A stretch of DNA of 64,000 nucleotides from Tubiluchus corallicola (GCA_030141605.1 JAQGDQ010000196.1:310001-374000); one strand, 5' to 3'. Counted from the first letter of the stretch, positions 1-13,299 are shown. Numbers and translations are program-made. Notes: generated by a model not told the origin, from the sequence alone.

Positions 1-1005
1 ACATTAGAAATAATTAAAACACTCACCATGTGCAAAAACCTGCTGTTTTTAAAGCTTATTAAAAACTCTTACAACTCGAAAGTTAAATTACATTACATTA
101 AGATGCACTGAAGTTTAAAATTACAATTAAATTATATTACATTAAAACGACTTTACAAAACATTAATTAAGAAAGACTGAAGTTTAAATTACATTACATT
201 TAAAAGACAATAATTTACGTGAATATTAACCTCATTAAAATCCATTATTATAATAATCTCGTGTCACAGTGTATACAGTAATAATGAAGTTACTGATAAT
301 TAAAAAGTGCAGAGGTATAAAACTTAGACTGTGAAGAGGCTTAATCTTGAAAGTGATAATTATGTATATTTGCGTTATAACGATGCGTTATAACGTTATG
401 TCAGCGTTCAGATTACAACTGTCCTGCTACGTTCTGTTAACTTTATCAATGTATGATACTGTGTAAATAATTATCGGAGTTAACAAGATAGGAAAATTTC
501 AAATTGACAAGAACGTGTGGAAGGCAAAGTTGAACACCAGTTAAACCATAAGTATACCACAGGTTAAGACTCAGCATTAGTTGACTTAAATTTCAAAAGC
601 TTTTCAATACAATATAGGCGATACACCCTAAAACATATTATGAAAGAAATCTACTTAGATCTTTTCGTATAAGCATTAAACACCTGAATGTGTCAATTTT
701 GTATGATATTGTTTAAAACCTACTTCGTAAGCAATGTGCAAAAGCACACCTGTTTCATACAGCCAGTGAGTATTAAAAATTGTTCATGTTGCTGTTGGCA
801 TTAAACAACTAGCCTACTGTATTGTCTTACGTAAAGATTTAGTTCATTTTATTCTTTGTAATCGTTAAACATATCGACAGACTGTATTTAGTCAGTTTTC
901 TTCTATTAAATTTCTTAGACGTTTATTGAGTAAAGGTCTAAAATAGAAAACTCATTTTTTTCTTCTCCTGCAGGACACACCATTTTCTGTAGGGAGGGTG
1001 TGCAC

Positions 1006-1483
1006 TGTAACAATACCATAGATATGGTTTGTTTAGATAAAAGATCTTGGTGATTGCTTAGGAGGGTTCTGCATTCGAGACTGTCATGCTGCTCTGATCT
1101 TCTTTTTTCACTTCTTCAGTTTTGTCACTAAGTGCAGGTTGCATATACAAGCTAAATTCTTCACGCCATTTTTTCCATGCTTGTGACAGATTGCGTGATT
1201 CGAAGTTTAGTGCGTTAGGTGGTTTTAGCTGATTCATAGTTCTCTACAAATTTGCCGTCCGAATAAATACTCAAAACAACTAGTTCACTTCTGACACCAT
1301 GTTACACGCTACAATAATATTAGCAACCAGACAAATGCGTGCATAATAAAGTAGTATTTATTAAACTAATTAGGAACTTAAACAAAGAAGATCAGAGCAG
1401 CATGGCAGTCTCGAATGCAGAACACTCCTAAGCAATCACCAAGATCTTTTATCTACACAAACCATATCTATGGTATTGTTACA
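1006..1483 (-). mobile_element. Truncated Gypsy-type LTR retrotransposon derivative with inverted LTR termini and 5-bp TSD
   Basis: On the minus strand: LTR 1483-1300 (TGTAACA...TGTAACA, AATAAA at 1362-1357), then TGGTGTCAGAAGTG (1299-1286, complementary to the tRNA-Leu 3' end), then a gag-like start at 1237-1106, MNQLKPPNALNFESRNLSQAWKKWREEFSLYMQPALSDKTEEVK. 1006-1105 is an inverted copy of 1384-1483 (3 mismatches in 100). TGCAC direct repeats at 1001-1005 and 1484-1488. Confidence 0.85.
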
Positions 1484-3099
1484 TGCACTAGCCATTGTAC
1501 TAGCATGGAATGGCTTTATTAGTTCAGTAGCAGTTCGGCCCATAGAATGGCCACTATGAGAGATGCAAGACACGTCGGCTAGTTTTGTTTCTCTCTAAAT
1601 TTATTTTTTAATCTTTGCATTTTCTATTCTGTTCTTGAACAATTTCTACAATTCTACAACAACAACTCTACTACAAATAGACGATAAAAAGTTAACAGCA
1701 CTGGAGAAACCAGTGCAAAGCAAGAGTTGGAGCCGGATTCGCGAAAAATTGATTGGATCTCGATTATATTAAAAACAGGATGTCATGCGTAAATGATCTG
1801 ATAAGCTCATTTTAAAATACCAAAATTTTTCAGTGTTGCGGGACTAGGTTTCGCTCTGTTTGCGTTCAAACTTTCACTTACTCAAGGACACAGAATATAC
1901 GCTCTGAATGTTATTTTGAAGTCACTTTAAAGCAGACACCTCTGTAAATCAAAACGTAATTTTACCTGCATGAAATTCACAAATCCTACTTTCTGAGTGA
2001 CTTAAATTTAAATACTTATCTGTTTTACCTGCGCAATATAATACAAGTGATGCATTCTGAATCCCCTCTTGAGTTCAGTGGTTGCTGCGATAGTTTAAGC
2101 ACCATACAGGACAAGACTGCTTCTATCCTCCCAAGACTTGTCATCCGACTGTTTCAGGCGCCAATGTGAAGGTTTGATAACACCTCAACGATAGATTGCT
2201 CTCTATGTTTTGTGTCTAATCTAGTCAGCTATTCAGTTTAATCATAAAGGTTTACTCACATGCAAAACGTTAACAGTTTGTAGATTTCAAATCTTACCCA
2301 TTTTAATTTGGCAATAATTAGTAACTGAGTCAATCATTTTAGTTGGCGTGGGTAGCTCTTTTAAAGCTGGTTTAATGTGTCCCAGTTGTTTGGTCTGCAT
2401 GGTAGTTTATCTTCAGGATGAGGTATTCGGACCGAGATCTCTCATCAACCAATAATTCTGGTTCAATCCGTTTACTCATTACTGCATACCAGTTCTAACA
2501 CTAGTGTTGCGAAGGTGGCCACGAGGTCCAGAGTTCAAATCATATCATTCAAACAATGTTGAGTTGTAGTTGAGAAATCAACTCAAATTCAAAAAAGTTA
2601 AACAGAAAATTAAAATGAGAGCTAGCCAGAACCTTTTCCTGCGTTTCTCATGCTGATCATAATTACAGAGCAGGTGCTTTGATGGTACATGCTCCCACAC
2701 ACATATCCATTTGTGCACTAAACCGTATTCCATACCATGTAGCTACTATTATAGCTGCTATGTAGTGCTGATATGGAATGGTTTCCCAATAAGTTGAATC
2801 ATCAGAATGTGAGGTTGGGGTGAAAATAAATGACCTTTCGTTCAGCAGTAACAATGTAACAACGTTGTAAATATCCTCAAATTGTATGAACATCGTGTGT
2901 ATGATACCTGCTGACTGTCTTAATGAATGTATAGGCCTAGTATACTGATTTGGAATTGCATGTGGTGAAAAGAAGATTACAAGTAGAGGTCGTGAGTCTG
3001 GGACAGAGCCAGGATTCTAACACGATTGTCCGATTTTAGTAAAAAGTACAAATTTGAGGATTCATTGACGATGCGCACTTTGGAATTCCATAATCCGCT

Positions 3100-3345
3100 C
3101 TGGCAAATCACAACGTTTGCAGTGCGCCAGGCTGGTGAAGAGTTTAAATGCGAAAAAGAAACTTCCGTGTTTTTCAAGATGGTGGCAGTTTCGCGGATCA
3201 AAAGTTGCTAAAGTTTGTTTGCGACTTCGTGTATTATTGATTATCGGCTCTGCAGCTACTAAAATAGAATTGGTTTTAAGAACATTGAATGCTTTGATTA
3301 TCTGCGATTGTACTGAACACGGTTTAGAGTTTTAGAAAAAGGTGT
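3100..3345 (+). promoter_or_regulatory. Candidate promoter / non-coding first exon of the LRRFIP gene
   Basis: Locally CpG-richer, with ACTTCCG (ETS-like, 3161) and CAAGATGGTGGC (YY1-like, 3175-3186) and possible donors at about 3342-3346. The first coding exon has an acceptor directly before its ATG, so an upstream UTR exon is needed. Location is inferred. Confidence 0.3.
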
Positions 3346-4001
3346 GTAAGACTAACAGTCTAGATAAGTTGACTCACTGTTGGAAGTTTGATGGGTCCAC
3401 GATGGCATGCCATTAGCAGTGCTTTAGTGCAGATTTGCAAACCAGAATTATTTTTAAGATAGCAGATACATTTAGATAGTACTCGCACGACAATGATTAG
3501 TTAGGCCGTCAATAAAATCTCTTGTTTCATTGATGTATTGAGAACATATCACCCCAAGTTACATTGGCACTGTATAAAACAACGAACTTCACACGATCGT
3601 AGACTCTGCTATTTTTTCTCTTGTGTCAGGTTCTAGTAGGAGACAGCACACAATAAACAACAATGCAACGAAATTGTAAGGCAAAACTTTCTTTGTTAGA
3701 ACTGTATTGCTTTTGATTTTTGTTGGTGCATTGCAGTAAAAATGTAATTATAATTAAATTTTGGTAATGGTTTTGTGCAATTGTATCGTGCTCTCTTAGA
3801 AACAAGACCAAAACTCATGAATTATAATGTAGGATAGATGTGGAATGTACAGATACAGTCTTAACTGGTGTTAGTGTTGAAATTTGCAAAACACCGAGTG
3901 TGTGTAATTGACATTTACAAACAATGTATTGTCATTAGCATTAATTAATGTCAATTTTTACATTTGTACCACATTTAATTGAATTTTGATATTGATCCTT
4001 A

Positions 4002-4199
4002 GTGCTAGATGCTGTTGTTTGTTCGGAAGTTTAAGTTTCTTAAATTCTTAATAATGCTTTAAGTGTCTTAACAAAGTGTAGGCTATTCTGTCTGCTATTT
4101 GGTGCTAGATGCTATTGTTTGTTTGGAAGTTTGAGTTTCTTAAATTCTTAATAATTCTTATGTGTCTTAACAAAGTGTAGCTATTCTGTCTGCTATTTG
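4002..4199. repeat. About 100-bp direct tandem duplication (2 copies)
   Basis: GTGCTAGATGCT...TATTCTGTCTGCTATTTG occurs at 4002-4101 and again at 4102-4199 with a few substitutions/indels. Confidence 0.9.
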
Positions 4200-4998
4200 G
4201 GTGTTGATTTATTCTCCTTTGTAATGAGAGTAGTATAGACCAGGTTTCCCCGTCAAGGAGCCTTTGTAGTTGCTGCTTAATAACTGATGTTGTGTACGTA
4301 TTTTTTCTTACTATTGCACAGTTGTGAAATTAGCTATTAGTGGGTATTAATAGCTAATTTTTGGGGAGCCATGTAGCTGCCATGAGTTAGATGCATTTTC
4401 TAATTTCGTGCACATCAGCTTTGTTTAGCAAGTATTATTTCCTCACTCGGCGATGAGGCTTTGTGGAAGAGCATGCGCTCATGGCAGGTCAGCCATGATT
4501 AGTGAAATTATATTGTTAAATAAATGTTCTGTATACTTTTCCCACTAGTTTTTGCATTTTTTTGACCACCAGTGAATGCCTATTTACTACCTCAATGAGT
4601 CAGTGAATTGCCATTGCAGTTAAACTGTTTATAGTGATTTCTATTAGTAGTAATATTTAAGTGCATATGTATGTTTTTAGGTAAATATGTTTGAAGTTGC
4701 TATCACAACTGTTATTGATTACCAAATATCAACTGTTTGCTCAGAGTATCCATTCTGTTACTGCTAATCCCTGGACATTCCTAGATGCACATTAGGTGCT
4801 CATAAATGCAGTTTTTCCCTCAGGGGTCTTTTTATCTGTACATGGAAATCTCTACCAAAAAAATTTCCCCTTACATTGAATACTGAAATACTAAATGGCA
4901 TGTATAACTATTTTCATTTATTTATTACAGAATGTTTTGAAAGCTATGTAATGCCTCGGAATACATTACAAAACTGGTTGCATTAATTTTTTTTCAGA

Positions 4999-5103
4999 AT
5001 GTCGAATTCTTCACCATCTAGTTCTACGCCTGGCAGTGGCAGACGAAGAGGGGACCGCCAGTACGCAGCAGAAGATGATGCACTTAGCAAAATAACTAAA
5101 GAG
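4999..5103 (+). CDS. LRRFIP2: LRRFIP1/2 homologue (leucine-rich repeat flightless-interacting protein), coding exon 1
   Basis: ttttcag acceptor, ATG at 4999, MSNSSPSSSTPGSGRRRGDRQYAAEDDALSKITKE, then a GTAAGA donor (phase 0). Matches the LRRFIP N-terminal GRRR...AEDDAL..I..E motif. Confidence 0.85.
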
Positions 5104-8100
5104 GTAAGAACGTCTTCTTTCTTGAGATAAACTGATTCAAATTAGATTTGCTACTGTTGTTGGTCTGCTTACAGTTAAATTCACTCATAATGCCCTATGC
5201 ACACCATTACGTAACATGGAACACAGTTTTAAATAATTAAGAAATCAAGCTAGAATAATGTGTGGGACATTCAGAATTTTTTTCTGATTAAATGCATTGG
5301 CATTACATTACTCACAGAATTAGGCTTAGAAGACTATAGAGGCATGCTTATCCAGGCCTGGCTTAGTTTTATCCATCAGTTGGAACTTTATTAGTTGATA
5401 AAGTTTGACCTGCATCAAGTATTATTTGCATTTTACCGTTTACTTACTGAACTGCAGCAAAAAAATTGGTTAAACTTGCATATCAACAGCTGGGATTGAA
5501 GTGATAGTGACAGTTGATAATTTTCTGGTGGTTGGATGACTTGTGAAATTTGAAGTTTGACAATCAAACTAAAATCGTGTGCTTGTGCCATCTCTAACAA
5601 CTCTTGCAGTTGTGGATTAGCCTCTTATCAGCGTCAGCTAAGGATGCTTGGTGATTGCTCATTCGATGGTTTGGTTAGCTATATCAGTCCTATATACATA
5701 TATAAAGTAAACCTAGTTTTAATCAGAATACGTTTCATTGTATATTACTTACATATTATTTTTAGTAATATTATAAATTTGTTAATTGGCTTTAGTAGGC
5801 GACTAGTATTTTCATAATTTGTATTGTTTAGCAGATCTATAACATAGTTGTTTCTGTCTTAGAAGTTGTGAGTTCAATAAAAATGTCATCTGTCATTATC
5901 CTACTGGTGTGTGACATTAAAGATAAAATTGGAGTAATAATAATCACTGTCATGTAGTTGTAATTCCTTATTTACACTCAACGGTTACAAGTAATGTCAT
6001 ATTTTTCTAGTATGCTTTCGCAATGGAATGAACTTAACGAATTTTTTTTATAAAAGATAGCCTACGAAAATGAAGTAAGTTTAAAAAAATTTTAATCAAA
6101 CCTTTGTAGCACATTTTATAGTATTTAAAACATGTGTACTTATTGTCTGATTAGGTAGAATTTGTAAAATTATGCTAATTTAGTTACTCATACGAGAATA
6201 ACTGCTTTCCAGTTAGATGATTTGTACTGTAAATAATTTTCGACCCAAAGTTATCAAGGTTTAAATAAGCCGTTTTACAGTTCCATGATGATGATTGATG
6301 ATGATTGTGAAAACGTCAAAGGTTAAGCATACCAGACAAAGCATTTGTGTATACTTTACAACACCTCGCAGCCTAAGCTAATGTAATAAGTACTAAGAGT
6401 TTTAACAGATAGCTAGATCCGTACCTAGTTCATTTTTTGTAATGTATAATTAAGCAAAGTCCATGTAAAATAACTGAAGTTACTGAACTGATGCAGCAGA
6501 GCTTTGCTTTACCCACAGGTCATGTGACCATTATAATTAAGACGCGTTGCTGTGGTACACTTAACTTTTGACCTGCAGTAACTGTGTGTGCACACAACGT
6601 AGCTGTGAAAAGGCTTATTAATAAAGCACACTTTTCAAAATTGTCAACTGTGTCATTTTTTGCATCAATTTTCAAACTATATTATTTAACTGTTTAAGTG
6701 GATGCAAATTAATGCTTGTTTTGAGCATGTAGGTTGGATGTTTCTATATTTGAGCTAAAAGATTTGGGTGGAACGTTAATAAAATAAAACACTCAAGTTA
6801 GCAAATTTGTAGGTATTTTTGAATACATATATTAAGCATACAAACCGATGAAGGTTAGTAGATTATTTTACTGTTTACTGAGGGAAGTGCTGAAGTGTCT
6901 GTAGATTTATATTGTATTTGCTTTAGATTTTCGCTTAAAGGCCTTTTCTTTTGTTTTTACTAAGATACAGTAAAACATGAGCATTTGTATAATGTTGCAT
7001 TGTTATTGACCTGTTGTTTGCTTTCTATGCCAGCAGCTTTGCTTTCTATAAATTTTAATAATGGTCTGGCCATAAAGTTATTCCTGGGTAGCTGTAGTTT
7101 ATTTGATAAGATTTGAGTCTTGTTACTGAAACTTTGTTGTAAGATTGTTGTATGAGACAAATAAATTCCGTTCCGTTCAAGTTCAGTTCTGCCCTTTGGT
7201 TTCGGTATTGTTTATTTTACTTTCAGTTTCTTGCATAAACGCATGTAATATAAAATTGCCGGCCAACTTTTGAATTATTATGTTGTTTTTCTTCACATGG
7301 TAAAAACACCATTTTCACCAATAGATTGTCATGTATTAGTAGAAATGTAGTTGTAATCAAATTCATTCTCTGCACCTGGGTTACATATGCATCCATTTTA
7401 AAATGCTGACCCCTCTATGGGTTTAGTTGTGTCACTCGTCTAGCCGTCCTCTTGTATTCAGACAGTGTTACAAGCATCTAGGTTGCACAGCGATCAGATT
7501 TGCAAAAGATTTGGTAATCGTTCAACCGCCTGCACCTACCTACCTTTGTGAGTGCTTGGTTCTGCGCATTAGCTACCAATACCTGTATTTTAATCTATAC
7601 CTTATCGTAGCGCTTATCTTAGCTGTTTACATTGACCTGTTTTCGGTGTTCACAGTAGCATTTGCTCTCGGAGGCTAGTCAGTTGACATCACATCCTGCG
7701 ATACCGGATGGGAGCTTTCTTCCTTACTTTCCAGTAAATTAACAGAGTTAAAAGTGGTTTGTGCGGTTTAGCAATTGACGCGTGAGTCTGTTTAATAGAT
7801 TTCTAACTTTGCATTGGAGATGACCAAGTTCTGAAAGCGGAACCAAGTAAAAAATGTGCCTCAGGCAAACGGGTTAATTGCAATGTGTACATAATATCCC
7901 AGTGTAAGCAAGTTATGCCTCACAGATCAGGTCACATGTGTATGAGTTTAAGCTCTCAATGTACACGTCAATGCGCTGACGATTAAACTCTTCTCGTTGT
8001 TGGGATTGTCTTGCATAATTGTTGTTTATGAAGTAAAGATCATGACATTTTGGTAAAAATTGTGGTTATTTTCAATTGGGTGTGTTCCGTGTTTCGCAGC

Positions 8101-8582
8101 GGACTTTAGACTGCACACGTATTCGTGTCTGCAAGTGAAAACACACACAGTGCTCTGTACTTGAGACCAAGCTGTTTCGTTTACCTGTTCTTATATAGCA
8201 AGTCATATTGCCTGAACGCTATTTGATGTATTCTTCACTAATCCGCAACATTACCATAAATACGTAACGATCAATAAATCAACTGCTTTATCAGGGTGTA
8301 ACATAGACCTTGTATGTGTTTGCCTGGCATTAAATACCCACATGATTTTAAACAACGCAGTGTGGTTTATTTATTCTTTAATGTAGCTTGATCATTGCCT
8401 AGCTAGAACAAAAGAATTCAGTGTGTTGGTTATCCTCGTACTACAGCAGTGCATTTGGATTGTATAAAGTGTATAAAGGTACATTGTGTAAAGTTGGCTG
8501 TAACTTCATAGGAATTTGCAACGAATATGGAAACTGTGATGGTTTGCCGTTGTTATACGATTTTGACCTAGGGACAACAAAA

Positions 8583-11219
8583 ATGTCTGGATTTTTTTCT
8601 AAAATTTTCTCAAAAAGACATTCATCTTCTGACGTGGACGAAGAGACAACAGAAAAGGTAGAATCACCCAGAAAAGGAGAGAAACCAAAGCGAACTAAAT
8701 CTGAGAAGAAAAGTAAGAAGAAGGGGGGAAGCTTCTTGGTTGAAGAAGTGAGTAGTACTAGAGAAGAATTAACAGAAGATGCAAAAGAACATCTGGAGGC
8801 AAGTAATGACCCAACAGAAAACTTTGGCAGTAGACATGCAGGCAAAGATTCTAAGCCAGATGATACAGTATGCATTCAAGACATTGATATAAATATTGTT
8901 GAAAACACAGATGATTTGGATGCAAATGAAAGCAGCATTGGCTTTGAATGGGGTGAAGAAGAGGAAAGTTTACTTGAAGAAGGTGATGATGTAGAAGTAG
9001 CTGGGTCTTCCATTTTGTCCAATGAGGAATTATTTCTTGAAAAGGAAGGCAAAAAGGAAACTGATTCCGGAAAAACAGATCTACAGAAAGATGATCCGGG
9101 TGTTCTTATAAAAGATGAAGTCAAAGGAAGCAGTTTCTTGGAAGGTGTTTTAATTGCCCTAGAGCAAGATAAGCAAGTGATAAATATTCACGAAGAACAG
9201 GAATGTTTGTTAAAGACTGCACAAACAATGAGTGTACAGAAAGATCATTTTATGGAAATAAAGCAAAGTGATGAACATGTTTTGAGTGATGACACAGCAA
9301 TATATTTACTGCAAGATAAGCAGATTTCTCTTGAATTTCAGCCAGTGAATTCTTTTCCAGAAGTTGTTAAAATGGAAAATCAAAATTCAGTTTCCGAAGT
9401 TACTGATAACAGAGAGGACAATGAATCATTTGAAGGGGATGCTAGTCATTTGGAAGAAAAAGCTATACAGCACATCAGGGTTAATGACATAACTGATGTA
9501 AGAGCCAAAATCCAAGAGGAAGTAAAAAGTAGTACTATCATTGACTCGAATTTTATTTCGCAATCATTCATCGATCAGAGTGGTGATGACATTAAGAAAG
9601 ATCTGTTTATTGAAAACAATGTTTATGTTGAGCCTGTTGGTAGCTGCGATGAGGAAAATGGTAAACTAGAAAATTCACCAGACAGAGCTTTTACTTCAAA
9701 AAATACGAGCGAGCATGCAGATACTAAGGAGGAACTTTGTATAAAAAAAGAAACTGCAGTAGAAAGTGGAATAGTGAATACTGATGATTCTGGAAAAGTT
9801 GACCTAAGTCCTGTTGATAGTGATAATAAAATTGGTGTATTTGGCACTCCCGGCATCCTTCATTCGAGTGGTATTTCTTTTGGTGAAAATGACAGATCAA
9901 AACTACCAGCTGAGGTTAACCTTGAAGACATTTCAATCCTAAAAAGTGAAAATCACCTTTCTAATGATGATACTCAACAAGAACATTCCAGTCAAATCTC
10001 TGGCTCTAGTTTAGTTCTTGAATGCTCGATTCAAGGTGCAAACAAAACAGGAGGCAATTCACAACATTCCAGTCAAGACATAGATGTGAGCTCAAGTCAA
10101 GAACACTTCCCTCGGGAAATAGACAGTACCTCACGCCAAGAACATTCCTTTCAAAAAAACAATATTAACTCGAATTCAGAATCTTTTACAAAAGAAGTAG
10201 TCAGCAGTGAAGACAATTCAGAATGTTTTACTAATGAAGCAGACTATAGCTTAAGTTTTGCAAGCAAAGTCAACATAAGTGCTGGGAAAGTAAAAATTGC
10301 AATTAACAATGGTAATAATTATCCTCAAGAAATTCTGCTCGATAATCAAGATGAGAAGAAACACGTTTGTGTAACGTCATTTGTGTCTGATAAACTTCTT
10401 TACCCTGATGGTCAACCTTGTGATGACAATACTGGTAAAACAATAGAAAAGAATGAGTTACCAGGAGGAAGCAATGAAACTGCAGATATGAAACTAAATA
10501 TAGTACATGCCAGTCTTGGTACAGGTCCTTGGGCTGCTGTCATTGAAAGTGATGACAGAAACCTTGTGTGCAGCAACACCATTAAGCAAACAGGAGTAGT
10601 GGAAAATTCATCAATAACTATTGTAGAACAAGACGTAGGAAAAAGAAATGATGCTGTCTTAAAAGGAAATGAAGAAAAAGGTAGCAGCTTTGGTGATGAA
10701 GTGAAGACAGAGGGAAGACAAGCAGCAGTTAACAACACTGGCTTTTTGGTTGATTCCGAACACCAAGATGAAAAATATGTAGACGATAGCTTAAATGTTA
10801 CTGCTTCTACAGGTATCAATATAAATGCAAGTGTTGATGAAGATGTGTTTAATCTTGGTAACTCCATATCTGAGTCTGAGGAGTATACCATTGTACACGA
10901 TGAAGAGAAAGCATTGAATAACCAACCTATGACAGATGCTACACCAACTTCCAAAGTGTATGACTTAGATACTGTTGGAGTGGAAACTGCATCTGTAGAC
11001 GATTTTGTTGAAGAAGCTGCTGATAAAGAAAAAATAAAAAATGAAACAAATGCTAATGTCAGAGAAGAGCAGGCAGATAGCTCTTTAACTGATAAAGAGA
11101 AGATCAAAAAAGAAGTTGACAATAGACATGAACATCAAGGTCGGAGACGGCTAAAATCGGCTGAAGCAGAAAAGGCTTCTGACTCCACATTTTCTGTTGC
11201 CCTTGGTAACACTGATGAG
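8583..11219 (+). CDS. Large acidic low-complexity exon (879 aa), probable alternative first coding exon of the LRRFIP gene
   Basis: 2.8-kb uninterrupted ORF within intron 1. ATG at 8583 (MSGFFSKIFSK...), rich in E/D/S/K. It ends ...NTDE|GTGCTT (phase 0), compatible with the phase-0 acceptor at 11911. Confidence 0.7.
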
Positions 11220-11910
11220 GTGCTTCTTATTCTTTTTTTTTAAATTTGTTATTTCGTTTATGCCATATCTGATTTGTGACTGAACTAGAATAAAAATTTG
11301 TAATGATATTAGTCTTTCATTGCATAATAATTGATAATATTAATGCTTATTTAACAACAAGTCTTTAACATGAAACAGATTTAGATCTTGATCAGGTATG
11401 GGACCATAACTCTTATTACAGGGCCAAGCTTTTTGGGTAGGAAGTTAATTGCTTAACAGGACTAACAGTTGAGTATTTAAACTGTGTTCATTCTTATATT
11501 GTGCATTTTGCAGTGTACTTTTTATGGCCAGAAGAGAAAATGCAAACCTTGTGTTAAGGTGGATGAGAACAATCAGATTACAAAAACGCCTAAGTGCATT
11601 AATTATTAGCAATGATTATGTTTTTACCATACCTTGCCATAATAATTGTAAGAAACTCTGATTATGTGTAGAACCTTTACTGTTTATTCTAGTTTCCTAT
11701 CATTTTTCTTTTCTGTAATATTAATTCACATAAATTGATTATTAGAATTTTGAATTTGTCTGGCTCATTTTTTTGGAGAGCAGAAAATTCTTGTTTTCTC
11801 CTTTTCTGATTATCAATTTCTTTATCTGTAATATTTCCTCATTGATGTTCCAACTCCACCTTTACAGCTAAATCAAAGTCAGACTAATTGAATAACTTTT
11901 GCTTTTGTAG

Positions 11911-11997
11911 GCAGAGCAACGGCTGGCAGCAAAGAGAGCAGCAAGGGCAGAAGCAAGGAAGATTCGAATGCGGGAGGTAGAACGGCAGCAAGCAGAG
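11911..11997 (+). CDS. LRRFIP2: LRRFIP homologue exon 2
   Basis: ttttgtag|[29 protein letters not shown]|gtataa; this is the hallmark LRRFIP motif [26 protein letters not shown].E. Confidence 0.95.
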
Positions 11998-12669
11998 GTA
12001 TAATATATTATGTGCTTTGTCTTTTTAAAGTAGGTGTAGCTTTAAGTGCAGTATTCTTCAAATGTTTTTACTGTTGAGCTGTATTCTACCTGCTGTATTT
12101 CCTGTGCGAGTGACAATTTTAATGCCTTTATTGGGCATTAATTTATACTGAAAAGAGATTCTATATGCATTTCTACAGCTTTTAGCCAGTTTTGGGACAG
12201 TCATAATTGGGGAGTGGACATAAAAGATCAAGTTGAAACGTTCAAATTCGATTGAAACAAGTTTTTTAGTTCAAATTCAACTTGAAATTTTAATAATTGA
12301 ATCTAGTGATTTAACACTTCAATTACAAAACTTTAAACAGAGATAAAATTTTGTCTGCAGTTACAAAATTATTAACTTGGATTAGCCTTTTGTACAATTT
12401 CCATTTATTAATTTACTTTTTTAGTAACTTGTAGCTAAATTAATGTTTTTACATGCAGCATTATTTTTTTTATTATTGAATTTGATTCAAATTTGAGTAA
12501 AATCAACTTTCAAGATTCAATTTCAAACCTTAAAAATAGATTTGGTGCATGTTCGCCCCATTCATATTTTCTTGTTTGCTATACTAGACTTCATAGATAA
12601 CTGATACCCCAGTAAATCAGCAATGATGCAAAGTACTGGTGTTACTGATACATTTGTTATTCTATTCAG

Positions 12670-12720
12670 GCTGAATCAAATGAAGTTCGATATCGTGATG
12701 CTGCAGATGGAACTCCCAGG
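12670..12720 (+). CDS. LRRFIP2: LRRFIP homologue exon 3
   Basis: attcag|AESNEVRYRDAADGTPR|gtatgt, phase 0-0, 51 nt. Confidence 0.7.
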
Positions 12721-13139
12721 GTATGTTAGTGATGTCATTCCAAACACACACGCATTCCATTCTTAACTGACACCTTTTTAATTCTTACACAGTTACATAA
12801 TGTCGTTCTTAAGACACGCACAATAAATGATGGTATTTATTTCACACTGAGTGAAGGATGTCACTCTTATTCTTAACTCCCTGTCGTAAATAATATCATT
12901 CTTTAATTGCTTGAGGAAATGATGATATTTTTAACTTACATACAGGAAATTATGTCAGTTTTACTTCACACTGAGTAATGATGCACTCTTTACTCAGATA
13001 CAGTTAGTTTTGGTCACTATGCCAGAAAGCATTATATGGACTCACATTTTCTTGAACTTATTGCACAGAAATCTTTATAAATAGGTTTAATCTTACACCA
13101 TTTTGCACTTCTTTAACTGAATGATTTTTTTTGTTCTAG

Positions 13140-13229
13140 ACGTACACATCACGGGCTGGATCCGATTCATCTGTACGTTCCGGAAGGCGTGGTAGTGATG
13201 GTAGCGAATCAGAGGTTAAAGAACTTAAG
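13140..13229 (+). CDS. LRRFIP2: LRRFIP homologue exon 4
   Basis: ttctag|TYTSRAGSDSSVRSGRRGSDGSESEVKELK|gtagta; contains the conserved RRGS motif. Confidence 0.85.
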
Positions 13230-13299
13230 GTAGTAACATTTCATTTTAAGAATTAGTTCATAGTTATTAGTAATCATTGTCAATATTTGTTGTAAAATA

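Noticed and set aside
21-45. Possible minus-strand micro-exon ending ATG|GTGAGT, suggesting a divergent neighbouring gene
   Set aside because: Good donor but poor acceptor, at the window edge; no protein sequence can be assembled.
480-950. Possible decayed LINE 3' end (HFIL.C-like zinc-knuckle remnant)
   Set aside because: Too degenerate to support by eye.
8441-11122. Ser/Phe-rich minus-strand ORFs
   Set aside because: Antisense shadows of the Glu/Asp/Lys-rich + strand exon.
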